From an uncultured Methylomirabilota bacterium (GTDB taxonomy: Bacteria; Methylomirabilota; Methylomirabilia; Methylomirabilales; 2-02-FULL-66-22): a stretch of DNA of 64,000 nucleotides. Under the pieces are notes generated by a model that worked only from the letters and a program-made list of their open reading frames with translations, was not told the DNA's origin and did no database searches. The position numbers and the translations under genes were made by a program. This document shows positions 1-9,526 of this stretch, one piece after another (position 1 is the first letter of the stretch; every line of letters begins with the position of its first letter). The stretch spans positions 3,616,001 through 3,680,000 of the forward strand of contig OY970067.1 of the NCBI GenBank assembly GCA_963705305.1, written 5' to 3'.

Positions 1-2
1 GA

Positions 3-1703
3 GAGCAGGTCCGGGGGGATGAAGGCCCACAGCTCCGTGCCGTCGCTCACCCGGAAAGCGTGGAGCATCCCGTCATCCGCGCCGGCGAGCAGGATGGTGG
101 TCCGGCCGGCGTTCGCATTGGCGAAGGCGGTGTAGGTGCTGTCCGTCGAGGCCATGAACGGCGGGGGGACCAGGACGGGGGTGGAGTGGCAGATGTCGCC
201 CAGGATGTAGGGGCGCGCCACGCCGGTGCCGTTCTGGAACCAGTTATAGGCGTCATACCCCAGGATGAAGTTGATGAGGTTGTTCCGGTCGGTCAGGGCG
301 GTGAGGCTCAGCGTGGCCGGGGGCAGCGTGGTGGTGCTGAGGCTGGTGGTGAATTGGGTCAGGCTGCCGCCGGTCCCGCCCAGGTACGTGTAGATGTTCC
401 GGTTCGCCGGGCCCAGCTGCAAGAGCTTCGCCCCGGCCTCCCAGGCCAGGGCCGACCCCGCGCACCCGTTCCCGGCGGCGACGCAGGGCACCCCGTTGTT
501 GTCCACCGGGACGAGCCCCGCGCTGTTCAGATTGTATGCCTTGAGGTATCCCTCCCAGAAGGGGAGGGACAGGTTGGTCTGGAACGCGGCCATGAAGGCC
601 ATGTTGGTGCTGGTCGTCTGGGTCGAGGGGAGGACCGGCGTGGCGAAGGTGAACGTCGCGACCATGATCTGGGAGATGGCGGCCTCGAGGGCGGTCGAGA
701 GGGTGGTCGCATTCACGGTGGAGTAGAAGGTGCCCCCCCCGTTGGTGGCCGCATTCTGGAGGACGGTGTTCGCCGCCGTCACGTTGTTCGGCTCCGAGAC
801 GCCGATGGCGAAGCCGACGGTGTCCACGATGATCTGCTGCGGGGACGTATGGACGACCGTCGCCTCGGTCTGGACGTCTACGTTGCCGTTCTGGAGGCCG
901 TCGGTCTCGAGGATGACGAAGTTGGGCTGGCAGGTGTACTGGATGGGGCTCGTCGCGTACTTCCCGAAGTAGTCCCCCTTGCCCGCGTAGTAGTTCCCGG
1001 CATCCCGGAGCATCTCCCCAAGGGGGGTATATCCTGTCGGCGCGAGGCTATTGATGGCGGCGACCAGGGTCGCCGTGCTGCTGCCGATGGGGGCGAGGAT
1101 CTGGCCGCCCCCTGCGTTCGAACACGGGTTGTTCGAGGTGCCGAGCTTGCCCTGACAGCCGTCGCCGTTGCTGGGATACGCAAAGGTCATGAGGCCGAAC
1201 CGGACTCCCGTCACGCTCGACACCAGATTGGTGAGCACCTGCTGCATCACGCTGATCTTCGTCACGAGTGTCGAGCCGGGGGTGGCCAGCCAGTTCAGGT
1301 AGTTCCCCAGGTAGAGGTTGAGGCTGCTGCCCCCGATCGTCCCGGACCAGTAGCCGGCCGACGACAGGGCGCTCTGGGCGCTCGAGCTGTTGACGCTGGA
1401 AATGCTGGTGGTGTAGACACTGTAGGTGGTGGTTGTCTTTCCATGGCTGGTAGTGGTCACCTGCTTGTACACCGTGGTGGAGACGCAGGCGGGGCTGCAC
1501 GTGCTGGCCGAGGCGTAGGTCGTCGTGGCATAGTAGGGGTCCGCGTAGATCTGGTCGCCCATGCTCCCCGAGTCGTCCATGGCCAGCAGCACGTTGGGCT
1601 GCACGTTCGACCCGAAGATGTCGGTGTCGTCGGCCCAGAGCTGCGGGGGGGAGAGAAGAGGGACGAGCAGCAAACTCACGGCGAGCGCCAGGATCCTTTT
1701 CAT
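3..1703 (-). CDS. pilY1: PilY1/PilC-like pilus tip adhesin, paralog 2 (3' end runs off the window)
   Basis: Not in the ORF track because there is no stop in the window. Manual translation from ATG 1703 gives MKRILALAVSLLLVPLLSPPQLWADDTDIFGSNVQPNVLLAMDDSGSM... (signal peptide, vWA MIDAS DxSxS) and ends ...ILGDICHSTPVLV...AGADDGMLHAFRVSDGTELWAFIPP, collinear with 2264..5239. Confidence 0.9.
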   Translation of the reverse strand, partial: MKRILALAVSLLLVPLLSPPQLWADDTDIFGSNVQPNVLLAMDDSGSMGDQIYADPYYATTTYASASTCSPACVSTTVYKQVTTTSHGKTTTTYSVYTTSISSVNSSSAQSALSSAGYWSGTIGGSSLNLYLGNYLNWLATPGSTLVTKISVMQQVLTNLVSSVTGVRFGLMTFAYPSNGDGCQGKLGTSNNPCSNAGGGQILAPIGSSTATLVAAINSLAPTGYTPLGEMLRDAGNYYAGKGDYFGKYATSPIQYTCQPNFVILETDGLQNGNVDVQTEATVVHTSPQQIIVDTVGFAIGVSEPNNVTAANTVLQNAATNGGGTFYSTVNATTLSTALEAAISQIMVATFTFATPVLPSTQTTSTNMAFMAAFQTNLSLPFWEGYLKAYNLNSAGLVPVDNNGVPCVAAGNGCAGSALAWEAGAKLLQLGPANRNIYTYLGGTGGSLTQFTTSLSTTTLPPATLSLTALTDRNNLINFILGYDAYNWFQNGTGVARPYILGDICHSTPVLVPPPFMASTDSTYTAFANANAGRTTILLAGADDGMLHAFRVSDGTELWAFIPPDLL

Positions 1704-1902
1704 GGCATGCCTCATTGTGACGCGGGGCTGCAGGTCCATTCGCTCTTCAAAGTCCCGCCCAGTGTTCCTGGCCCCATTCAGGATGAATGGCGTCCTGGCG
1801 GGGGGAGCGCAGAGACCATCCACCTTCCCCCGAGAGTGGTGGACAGTGTACACCACGGGCACCCAAGGAGCAACTTGCTCTGTGCCCTCTAGCAGGGTGA
1901 AT

Positions 1903-1919
1903 AGCAAACGAGATGCCAA
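1903..1919 (-). promoter_or_regulatory. sigma-54 (-24/-12) promoter of pilY1 paralog 2
   Basis: Minus strand reads TTGGCATCTCGTTTGCT, an exact GG-N10-GC match to TGGCAC-N5-TTGCW. Confidence 0.8.
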
Positions 1920-2100
1920 GGAATTAGATGGCGAAAGCGGAGAGTCCTCCGGATTGTCCGGGGCTGTTGCGAGGCGTCAAGCCGGCAGGCTGACGTGTGT
2001 GTTTTCCAACAGATAGCCAATTCGGACTGCCAAGATCCTGTAGTCTTCCGGGATAAAGAACACACCCCGCCGACCGGATCAGCCCCTTACCACCTGGGGC

Positions 2101-2125
2101 TTTTGTCACGGCGGATCTGCCAAAA
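2101..2125. promoter_or_regulatory. putative enhancer-binding-protein site for pilY1 paralog 2
   Basis: Imperfect palindrome TTTTGTCA-N9-TGCCAAAA. A copy at 5726-5750 has the same 198-bp offset from its sigma-54 box. Confidence 0.55.
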
Positions 2126-2263
2126 AGGCTGCCCGGGACGAATCGGAAAACGATTGCGGCCAGGAAAGCCAAAGCAAGGCAGAGCCGCGCATGGCTTGGG
2201 GCACAGGGCAGGCGAAAGCCCGGGGCTGTTGACGACAGGAATCGGGCCCTCTTCAACCTCCTC

Positions 2264-5239
2264 TCAAAAGACCTCGCGCCAGTACTGGACGCGCCGCATG
2301 TTCGATGGGGGCGGCGCCGGGTTGTTGGGCAACTGCTGGCTGGTGGTGGCCGTGATGACGGAGGTGCTGATGCTGGCTCCCGATTGGGTGATGATGAGGA
2401 CCGGCTTGGACGGGATCCCCGTCCCGATGGTCATCGACCGGGTCGTGCTGGCGCTGGTGGAGGTCAGCGGCGAGGAGCTGTTGGCCCAATCCAGGGCGGC
2501 GTAGCCCGATGTCTCCTGGACGGCGTAGAGCTGGGCATTTCCGCCGCCCGACCCGCAGTAGGTGGCGGTCGTCGGCGTGAACGTCGTGAAGTACACGATA
2601 TAGTTGAAGACATCGGCCGCCGACAGTGACTTTTCACTCGTCCCGGTGAGCGTGAAGTACCAGCCATAGGTGGGTGTCCCGTTGTTGGTGGTGACGTTCA
2701 CCAGGTTCGACTCGGTCAGGGGGCTTCCGTTGGTCATGTCGGTCGCCTTGAGGATGTCCACGGGATCCATGATGCCGTAGAACCGGTTGGCGACGGTGTT
2801 GGGATTGTCCGGGTGGTCCCGATCCCCCGTCCCGAAGTAGATCCAGGCATGGCTCTGATTGTCATAGGCCGGGACGATGGCGCTCCAGATGCCCTGCGTG
2901 GGGTAGTACTCGCCGGAGGCGGGGGGGTTCGCCTCGGAGCTATCCGCCTGGAAGAAGCGCTTCCCCAGCCAGTTGGTGACCTGGCCGCTGGAGAGGGTTG
3001 TTCCGGTCGGATTCCCCGAGGAGTCCCGCCCCACCACGTCGAACTTCCACACCTGCCCGCCCACGTCGCCGATGTACAGCCGGTCGATGTTCCCGTCGCT
3101 GTTGTAGTCGACGGCGGCGATGTCCGCGGGGATGCTGAAATTCATGTACTTCCGGTCGTCGGTGGCGCCGGTAACGTTCTTGTACTCCCAGATCTTGCTG
3201 CCGGTGGCGATGTCGACGGCGAAGACGGCCTTGCCAAGGGTGTTGTCAGCCCCCTCCTCGTAGCCGCCCCCGAAGAAGGCGACGTACTTCAAGGTCCCGC
3301 CGGACATCTTGACCGTGCCGATGACCGGCGTGGAGTACGTCTCTCCCAGGTCGGCGTCGGTGAAGCTCCACAGCAGCGTGGGGGCCGAGCCGGTGTTGGT
3401 GATGTCCAGGGCGTAGTAGTAGTTGCCCCCCCGGCGCTCGCCGACGATCGCGATGGTCCGCCATTTCGCTGCGGAATCCGTGACGTAGGCGCTGTTCATC
3501 TGGACCTTGACGTCGGCGACGACAGGGTTCCCGTCCACGAACCACTGGTGTCCTCCCCCGATGACGGTCAGTCCCTTCAGATACGAGAGGAGGTTCGGGG
3601 GGATGAAGGCCCACAGCTCCGTGCCGTCGCTCTCCCGGAAGGCGTGGAGCATCCCGTCGTTCGCGCCAGCGAGCAGGATGGTGGTCCGGCCGGAGTTGTT
3701 GCTGGCGAAGGTGGAGTAGGTGCTGTCCGTCGAGGGCAGGAACGGCGGCGGGACCAGGACGGGGGTGGAGTGGAAGATGTCGCCGAGGATGAAGGGCCGA
3801 TCCGCGCTGGTGCCGTTCTGGAACCAGTTGAAGACGTCCTTCCCCCGGAGGAAGTTGATGAGATTGTCCCGGTCTGTCTGGGCCGAGTAACCCACCGTGG
3901 CCGGAGGCAGCGTGGTGGTGCTGAGGCTGGTGGTGAAGCTCGTCAGGCTGCCGCCGGTCCCGCCCAGGTACGTGTAGATGTTCCGGTTCGACGAGCCCAG
4001 CGTGGAAAGCGCCGCCCCGGCCTCCCAGGCCTGCGCGTTGGCCGTGCAGCCGGTCTGGCTTTGCCAGTTGGCGCCGCAGGGCACGCCGGTGTTATCCACC
4101 GGGACGTTCCCCGAGCTGTTTCGGTTGTAGGCCCTGAGATACCCCTGCCAGAAGGGGAGGGACAGGTTGGACGTGAACGCGGCCATGTAGGCCCTATTGA
4201 CGCCGGAGGTCTGGGTCGTGGGGACGACGGGCGTGGCGAAGGTGAAGGTCGCGACCATGATCTGGGAGATGGCGGCCTCGAGAGCGGCCGTCAGCGAGGC
4301 CTCGTCCGTGGTGGAGTAAAACTTGCCGCCGCCGTTGGTCGCCGTGGTCTGCATGATGTCGTTGGCCCCGTCCGCCGCATCCGCCGCCCCCACGGCGAAC
4401 CCGACGGTATCCACGACGATCTTCTGCGGCCCGTTGTGGATGCTCGTCGCCACGGTCCGCATGTCCATGTTTCCGTTCTGCAGGCCGTCCGACATGAGGA
4501 TGACGAAGTTCGGCTGGCAGGTGTACTGGACGGGGCTCGTCTTGTAATTCCCCTTGACATCGCCGTTCCCGGCATAGTAGGTGCCAGCGTTATTGAGCAT
4601 CTCCCCGTCCGGGGTGGAGCCGTTCGCGCTGAGGCCGTTGATGGCGTTGACGATCGTCGTGGCACTGCTCCCGATAGGGGCGAGGATCTGGCCGCCGGTA
4701 TCGCTGCTGTTGAAGGTCATCAGGCCGAAGCGAACCCCTGTGGTACTGTTCACGAGGTTGGTGAGGACCTTCTGGGCCACCTGCATCTTCACCACCAGGA
4801 CGGCGCTGGGGCTGGCCAGAAAGTTCAGGTAATTCCCCAGATACAGATTATAGCTCGTGCCGCCGATCTTCCCGGACCAGTAGCCGGCCGGGGTGGTGCC
4901 CGTCGAGAGGGCGCTCTGGGCGCTGGAGCTGTTGACGCTGGAAACGCTGTTGGCGTAGACGCTGTAGGAAGTAACTCCATGGCTGGTCGTCTGTTTGTAC
5001 ACGTACCCGGTAACGCATGCGGGGCTGCAATTCTGAGTACTCGGCGTGTAGGTCTGCGTGGGATCGTAGGGAGACGAGTAGATCTGGTCGCCCATGCTGC
5101 CCGAGTCGTCGATGGCGATCAGCACGTTGGGCTGCACGTTCGACCCGAAGATATCGGTGTCGTCGCCGCGGGCCCGCGGGACGGGAAGGGGAAACGGGAG
5201 GATCATCAAGCACAGGGCAAGTGCCAGGATCTTCTTCAT
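2264..5239 (-). CDS. pilY1: PilY1/PilC-like pilus tip adhesin, paralog 1 (vWA domain plus C-terminal beta-propeller)
   Basis: Signal peptide MKKILALAL..., MIDAS IDDSGS, PilY1 motifs LGDIFHSTP, GANDGMLHAF, ELWAFIP, Ca-binding DYNSDGNID, IYFGTG and C-terminal YWRE. An in-frame upstream GTG exists at 5311. Confidence 0.93.
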   Translation of the reverse strand: MKKILALALCLMILPFPLPVPRARGDDTDIFGSNVQPNVLIAIDDSGSMGDQIYSSPYDPTQTYTPSTQNCSPACVTGYVYKQTTSHGVTSYSVYANSVSSVNSSSAQSALSTGTTPAGYWSGKIGGTSYNLYLGNYLNFLASPSAVLVVKMQVAQKVLTNLVNSTTGVRFGLMTFNSSDTGGQILAPIGSSATTIVNAINGLSANGSTPDGEMLNNAGTYYAGNGDVKGNYKTSPVQYTCQPNFVILMSDGLQNGNMDMRTVATSIHNGPQKIVVDTVGFAVGAADAADGANDIMQTTATNGGGKFYSTTDEASLTAALEAAISQIMVATFTFATPVVPTTQTSGVNRAYMAAFTSNLSLPFWQGYLRAYNRNSSGNVPVDNTGVPCGANWQSQTGCTANAQAWEAGAALSTLGSSNRNIYTYLGGTGGSLTSFTTSLSTTTLPPATVGYSAQTDRDNLINFLRGKDVFNWFQNGTSADRPFILGDIFHSTPVLVPPPFLPSTDSTYSTFASNNSGRTTILLAGANDGMLHAFRESDGTELWAFIPPNLLSYLKGLTVIGGGHQWFVDGNPVVADVKVQMNSAYVTDSAAKWRTIAIVGERRGGNYYYALDITNTGSAPTLLWSFTDADLGETYSTPVIGTVKMSGGTLKYVAFFGGGYEEGADNTLGKAVFAVDIATGSKIWEYKNVTGATDDRKYMNFSIPADIAAVDYNSDGNIDRLYIGDVGGQVWKFDVVGRDSSGNPTGTTLSSGQVTNWLGKRFFQADSSEANPPASGEYYPTQGIWSAIVPAYDNQSHAWIYFGTGDRDHPDNPNTVANRFYGIMDPVDILKATDMTNGSPLTESNLVNVTTNNGTPTYGWYFTLTGTSEKSLSAADVFNYIVYFTTFTPTTATYCGSGGGNAQLYAVQETSGYAALDWANSSSPLTSTSASTTRSMTIGTGIPSKPVLIITQSGASISTSVITATTSQQLPNNPAPPPSNMRRVQYWREVF

Positions 5240-5527
5240 GGCCCACCTCGTGGCGATGCGGGGCTGCGAGACAGCTCGTCCTTCAAAGTCCCCTCCGGTC
5301 TTCCCGGCCACCTTCGGATCGATATTCCGGATGTCCGCTGCCGGCCTATCGCCGCGTCAGGTCTTTCGGCGTCTTACCTGAGTGCACTGCTCGCCCCCGA
5401 GGAGGGCGGATAGATGATCACGTGGCGGGAGGAAGCGATCCGATCAATCGCCCCTCCTCGAAAATGCGTGGCTTGTAATCCAACTACTCGAAGAGCAGCT
5501 CGCTCTGTGCTCTTTGATAAGATCTTG

Positions 5528-5544
5528 AGCAAATGAGATGCCAA
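5528..5544 (-). promoter_or_regulatory. sigma-54 (-24/-12) promoter of pilY1 paralog 1
   Basis: Minus strand reads TTGGCATCTCATTTGCT (GG-N10-GC), one base different from 1903-1919. Confidence 0.8.
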
Positions 5545-5725
5545 GAAACCACGCCGCAATGGAGGGTGGCTCGCCAGGATGTCGAGGGTGTTCTGAGATA
5601 TCAATCCGGCTGCCAGACAACCATATTTTCAAACAGATAGCTACACTGGAGAATGATCCAGTGTGCTCCATCGCGACACAGAGAAATGAAGCTCACCGGC
5701 CTAATCCATTCCATCGGTTCTGAGG

Positions 5726-5750
5726 CTTTGTCATGGAAACTCTGCCAAGA
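5726..5750. promoter_or_regulatory. putative enhancer-binding-protein site for pilY1 paralog 1
   Basis: CTTTGTCA-N9-TGCCAAGA, homologous to 2101-2125. Confidence 0.5.
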
Positions 5751-5784
5751 TAAAGGGTCCTCTCTCTATCCCATATCTCGTCGG

Positions 5785-6010
5785 AAGACTAAAGATGTTT
5801 AGATTTAATAAGTTGGAGCGTTCTCACGTGCTATCACATGTTTGAATTTTATTTAATAGTTACTGACATACTGACAGTAAGAAAAATTTATATCACATAG
5901 TATATATTATTATTTTCGTACAACATGTTAATTATAAGACATAAACACGATATAAATCAATATATCATTACCATTTATATACTGTCAAATTTATGAGAGC
6001 AGAAATAAAA
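5785..6010. other. strongly AT-rich intergenic patch
   Basis: Long A/T runs in an otherwise GC-rich genome; contains the dyad TTACTGACATACTGACAGTAA (5860-5880). Confidence 0.8.
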
Positions 6011-6332
6011 GTCTCTGGAAAGGCCGAGTCGTGGATGGTGGGGCGAAGAGCAGTGCATGGGAGCGCGTCCTCCGCCTCGATAGCGCGCTTATCTTTCGTG
6101 TTGACATTCCATCGGCGGCTGACTAGCGTGTCGTCAATCCACGCAGTAGCCATCCGCAGGGTTGAGGGGGAGAGGGGGCGTGCCGGACCAGCCCGTGTCT
6201 TGCAAGCCGGAAAATCCGCAGGGACGGATCACGGCCCTTTGGAGGTAATCCCCCAAAGGGCCGTGCTTTTTCCGGCCCCGATCGGTCGATCACATTGCTT
6301 CCGCATGACTCAAAGGGGAAGGAAGAGACCGA

Positions 6333-6797
6333 ATGATCCGACTCGTTGTGAACGGGCAGCCGCGCGAGGTATCCGCGGATCCCGAGACGCCGCTGCTCTA
6401 CGTGCTCCGAAACGACCTCGGCCTGCATGGCACCAAGTTCGGCTGCGGCCTCGGACAGTGCGGGGCGTGCACGGTGCTGATCGACGGACAGGCCGTCCGC
6501 TCGTGCTCGATTCCGGTCCAGGCCGTGGCCGGACAAGCGGTGACGACGATCGAGGGGCTGGGCTCGCCCGGCCATCCCCATCCCCTCCAGGCGGCCTTCA
6601 TCGAAGAGCAGGCCGCCCAATGCGGTTACTGCACGCCGGGGATCGTCATGACCTCCAAGGCGTTCCTGGACCGGACCCCGCGCCCCACGGCGGCGCAGGT
6701 TCGGGAGGCCCTTGCCGGCACCCTCTGCCGGTGCGGGACCCACGAGCGGGTGATTCGGGCCGTCCTGCGCGCCGCCGTGGCCATGGGAGGGCGGTGA
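6333..6797 (+). CDS. (2Fe-2S)-binding small subunit of a xanthine-oxidase-family oxidoreductase (CoxS/IorA-like)
   Basis: Motifs GTKFGCGLGQCGACTV, QCGYCTPG and LCRCGT. Confidence 0.93.
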   Translation: MIRLVVNGQPREVSADPETPLLYVLRNDLGLHGTKFGCGLGQCGACTVLIDGQAVRSCSIPVQAVAGQAVTTIEGLGSPGHPHPLQAAFIEEQAAQCGYCTPGIVMTSKAFLDRTPRPTAAQVREALAGTLCRCGTHERVIRAVLRAAVAMGGR

Positions 6798-6798
6798 G

Positions 6799-9030
6799 AT
6801 GTCTGGGGATCGAATGACTCGCCGGACCTTTCTCAAGACGGGTGGCGCGATCATCGTCGCGATCCGGCTGGGGCCGCTGCGGGGCCGCCCGGCCGCGGCG
6901 CAGACCTTGGCCGGCGCGGAAGCCTTCCTGGGGAAGACCGTGGATGCCGACGCGGTGGATGCCTTTCTGGCCATTCACGCGGACGGGACGGTGACATTGT
7001 TCAGCGGGAAGGTCGACCTCGGCACAGGGGCGCGGGCCGCCCTCCGCCAGATGGCGGCCGAAGAGCTGGATGTCTCCCTCGAGCGGGTCACCATGATCGA
7101 GGGGGATACCGCGCTCACGCCGGATCAGGGGCCGACCGCCGGCAGCATGGGGGTCTCGCGGGGCGGCATGCAGATCCGCCGGGCCGCCGCGACGGCGCGC
7201 CAGGCGCTCCTGGCGCGGGCCGCCCAGCGATTGGGACGTCCGGCCGGGGATCTGGATGTGACCGATGGCGTGGTCCGGCCAAAGGGGGGAGGACCCGGCG
7301 TCTCCTACGCCGATCTCGTCGGTGACCGGCGGCTGAACCTCGTCGTCGATCCGAAGGCGCCGCTCAAGGCCCCCGCGGCCTTCCGGGTGATCGGGCAGCC
7401 GGCTCGGCGTCCCGATGTTCCCGACAAGGTGACCGGACAGCACACCTTCGTCCACGATTTCTCGCTTCCCGGCATGCTCCACGGGCGGGTGATCCGCCCC
7501 CCCGCCCCAGGGGCCTCGCTGCTGGCGGTGGACGAGGCGTCCATCGCGGGGATCCCGAATGCCCGCATCGTCCGGATCGGCAGCTTTCTGGGGGTGTGCG
7601 CCGAGCGGGAATGGGATGCGGTCCAGGCGGCCCGGCAGCTCGCGGCGCGATGGTCGCCGGGGACAGGCCTGCCGGAACAGGCACGGCTGTTCGCCGGCCT
7701 GCGCGCCACGCCCGTGGTCCGGGACGAGGTGCTGGCCGCGAAGGGTGACGCGGTCGCCGCCTTCGCGAACGGCGGGCGAATCGTGTCGGCCACCTACGAG
7801 TGGCCGATCCAGAGCCATGCCTCCATGGGCCCCTCCTGTGCGGTGGCCGACGTGCGGCCGGATCGCGCCATTATCTGGACGGGCTCTCAGTCCACGCACC
7901 GGTTCCGGTTGACCTTTGCGCGAATCCTGGGGCTGCGGCCGGAAGCGGTCCGGCTGATCTATCTGGACGGCTCGGGCTGCTTTGGCATGAACGGCCACGA
8001 GGACGCGGCCGCCGATGCAGCCCTCTTGTCCAGGGCCGTAGGGCGGCCGGTGCGCGTGCAGTGGAGCCGCGAGGACGAGCACGGCTGGGACCCCAAGGGT
8101 CCGCCCCATCTCCTGGACGTGCGCGCAGCCGTGAGCGATCGGGGCGAGGTGGTGGCCTGGGAGACCCAGGCCTGGCTCCCCGCGCCCACACAGGGTCTTC
8201 CGAACGTGCCCCTGCTGGCCCCCGAGGCTGCCGGGATCGCGCAGCCCATGGGCCGCTTCGCGGGGATGATCCAGCAGAACGTGGACCCGCCCTACCAGTT
8301 CCCAAACGTGCGGGCGGTGATCCACTGGATCCGGGACACGCCGCTCCGGACCTCCAATCTGCGCGCCCCGGGCAAGCTCGCCAACTGCTTTGCCGTGGAG
8401 TCGTTCACGGACGAGATCGCGGGGCTGGCGGGGGCCGATCCGGTCGAGTTCCGTCTCCGGCACCTCACCGATCCGCGCGGGATCGAGGTCATCCGGCGGG
8501 CCGCCGCGCGCATGGGCTGGACCCCGCGCCCCCGGCCGCGGGCGACGGATCCCCAAGCGCCGGTCCTGTCCGGCCGCGGCTTCGCCTATGTCCATTACAA
8601 GCACAACGAGAACTACGTGGCCGTGGGGGTGGAGGTGGAGGTGGAGCGACGGTCCGGCCGAATTCGGGTGACGCGCGTGGTGTGCGCCCACGACTGCGGG
8701 CTGGTGGTCAACCCGGACTGCGTGCGGGGCCAGGTGGAAGGATGCATTCTTCAGGGTCTCAGCCGGACGCTCTTCGAAGAGGTTGCCTTCGACCGGTCCC
8801 GCGTGACGAGCGTGGACTGGTCCCGCTATCCCGTCCTCGCCTTCCCCGACGCCCCGTCCATCGAGCTGGAGCTGGTGGACCGGCCGGAGGAGCCGCCGAT
8901 GGGGGTCGGCGAGGCGGCGGCCACCCCCGTGCCGGCGGCCCTCGCCAACGCCGTCTTCGACGCGACCGGGGTCCGGCTGCGGACGGCGCCGCTTCGTCCC
9001 GACCGGGTCAAGGCCGCGATGGGGAGCTAG
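6799..9030 (+). CDS. molybdopterin-binding large subunit (IorB-like), Tat-exported
   Basis: Twin-arginine signal TRRTFLK; motifs GKVDLGTG, QWSREDE, LRAPG, AHDCGLVVNP and GVGEAA. Confidence 0.9.
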   Translation: MSGDRMTRRTFLKTGGAIIVAIRLGPLRGRPAAAQTLAGAEAFLGKTVDADAVDAFLAIHADGTVTLFSGKVDLGTGARAALRQMAAEELDVSLERVTMIEGDTALTPDQGPTAGSMGVSRGGMQIRRAAATARQALLARAAQRLGRPAGDLDVTDGVVRPKGGGPGVSYADLVGDRRLNLVVDPKAPLKAPAAFRVIGQPARRPDVPDKVTGQHTFVHDFSLPGMLHGRVIRPPAPGASLLAVDEASIAGIPNARIVRIGSFLGVCAEREWDAVQAARQLAARWSPGTGLPEQARLFAGLRATPVVRDEVLAAKGDAVAAFANGGRIVSATYEWPIQSHASMGPSCAVADVRPDRAIIWTGSQSTHRFRLTFARILGLRPEAVRLIYLDGSGCFGMNGHEDAAADAALLSRAVGRPVRVQWSREDEHGWDPKGPPHLLDVRAAVSDRGEVVAWETQAWLPAPTQGLPNVPLLAPEAAGIAQPMGRFAGMIQQNVDPPYQFPNVRAVIHWIRDTPLRTSNLRAPGKLANCFAVESFTDEIAGLAGADPVEFRLRHLTDPRGIEVIRRAAARMGWTPRPRPRATDPQAPVLSGRGFAYVHYKHNENYVAVGVEVEVERRSGRIRVTRVVCAHDCGLVVNPDCVRGQVEGCILQGLSRTLFEEVAFDRSRVTSVDWSRYPVLAFPDAPSIELELVDRPEEPPMGVGEAAATPVPAALANAVFDATGVRLRTAPLRPDRVKAAMGS

Positions 9031-9313
9031 TGTCCCGAATCGCAAATCCGCGAACAATTTCACCGGCCCTCGGGACTGCCCCTCTCCCGCCTAGGGCCTC
9101 GTCGACTACCGGCCAGCCTGCACCCAGCCTAACGGCCGGGTACCCGGGCGCCGCGGCCCCGAGGGCGCGCCGCGCCGCGGACGGGGCCTTGACGCGAGCA
9201 TCGGAATCTGAGAGGCCACGGCGTCCTGAAACCGGCTGGCCCGCGGGCCCGGCGGGCTCGTGGCAATCCCGAGGGCCCCGATTTGTCACGAATTTCTAAC
9301 TCACGACAGCTAG
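9027..9313. mobile_element. MITE-like element with long imperfect terminal inverted repeats, bounded by CTAG
   Basis: Left end CTAGTGTCCCGAATCGCAAATCCGCGA...GGCCCTCGGGACTGCC matches the reverse complement of the right end, CTAGCTGTCGTGAGTTAGAAATTCGTGA...GGCCCTCGGGATTGCC. CTAG lies at 9027-30 (overlapping the stop codon) and 9310-13. Confidence 0.6.
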
Positions 9314-9526
9314 CGTCATGCTTGAGTGCGTGGGGACTCGCCTGGCCGAATCCAGCCGGCCGGCATGCAAACTTGATTTTTGTTCTGGTCTCATGATATG
9401 CCGGTGCCTGCGCAGGATCACGCCGGGACCAGCCGGCTCCTGCGGCAAAGGAGGGGCGGCAACCGCTAAGCCCAATTCATCCAAACGTGCACTCCCGCTG
9501 CCAGGGGCGAGGAAGGGGGAAGGCAT

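Noticed and set aside
3..5311. Diversity-generating retroelement or shufflon acting on pilY1
   Set aside because: No reverse transcriptase or recombinase in the window; differences include indels and are not adenine-specific.
60..5413. Long plus-strand ORFs (60..1892, 2813..5413) and similar antisense ORFs elsewhere (e.g. 23579..26755, 38579..40711)
   Set aside because: Shadow frames of real GC-rich genes on the opposite strand; no motifs or RBS.
5860..5880. LexA/SOS box-like TACTG...CAGTA
   Set aside because: Spacing is CTG-N9-CAG rather than N10, and no SOS gene is adjacent.
5785..6010. Replication origin unwinding element
   Set aside because: No DnaA box cluster and no dnaA or rep gene nearby.
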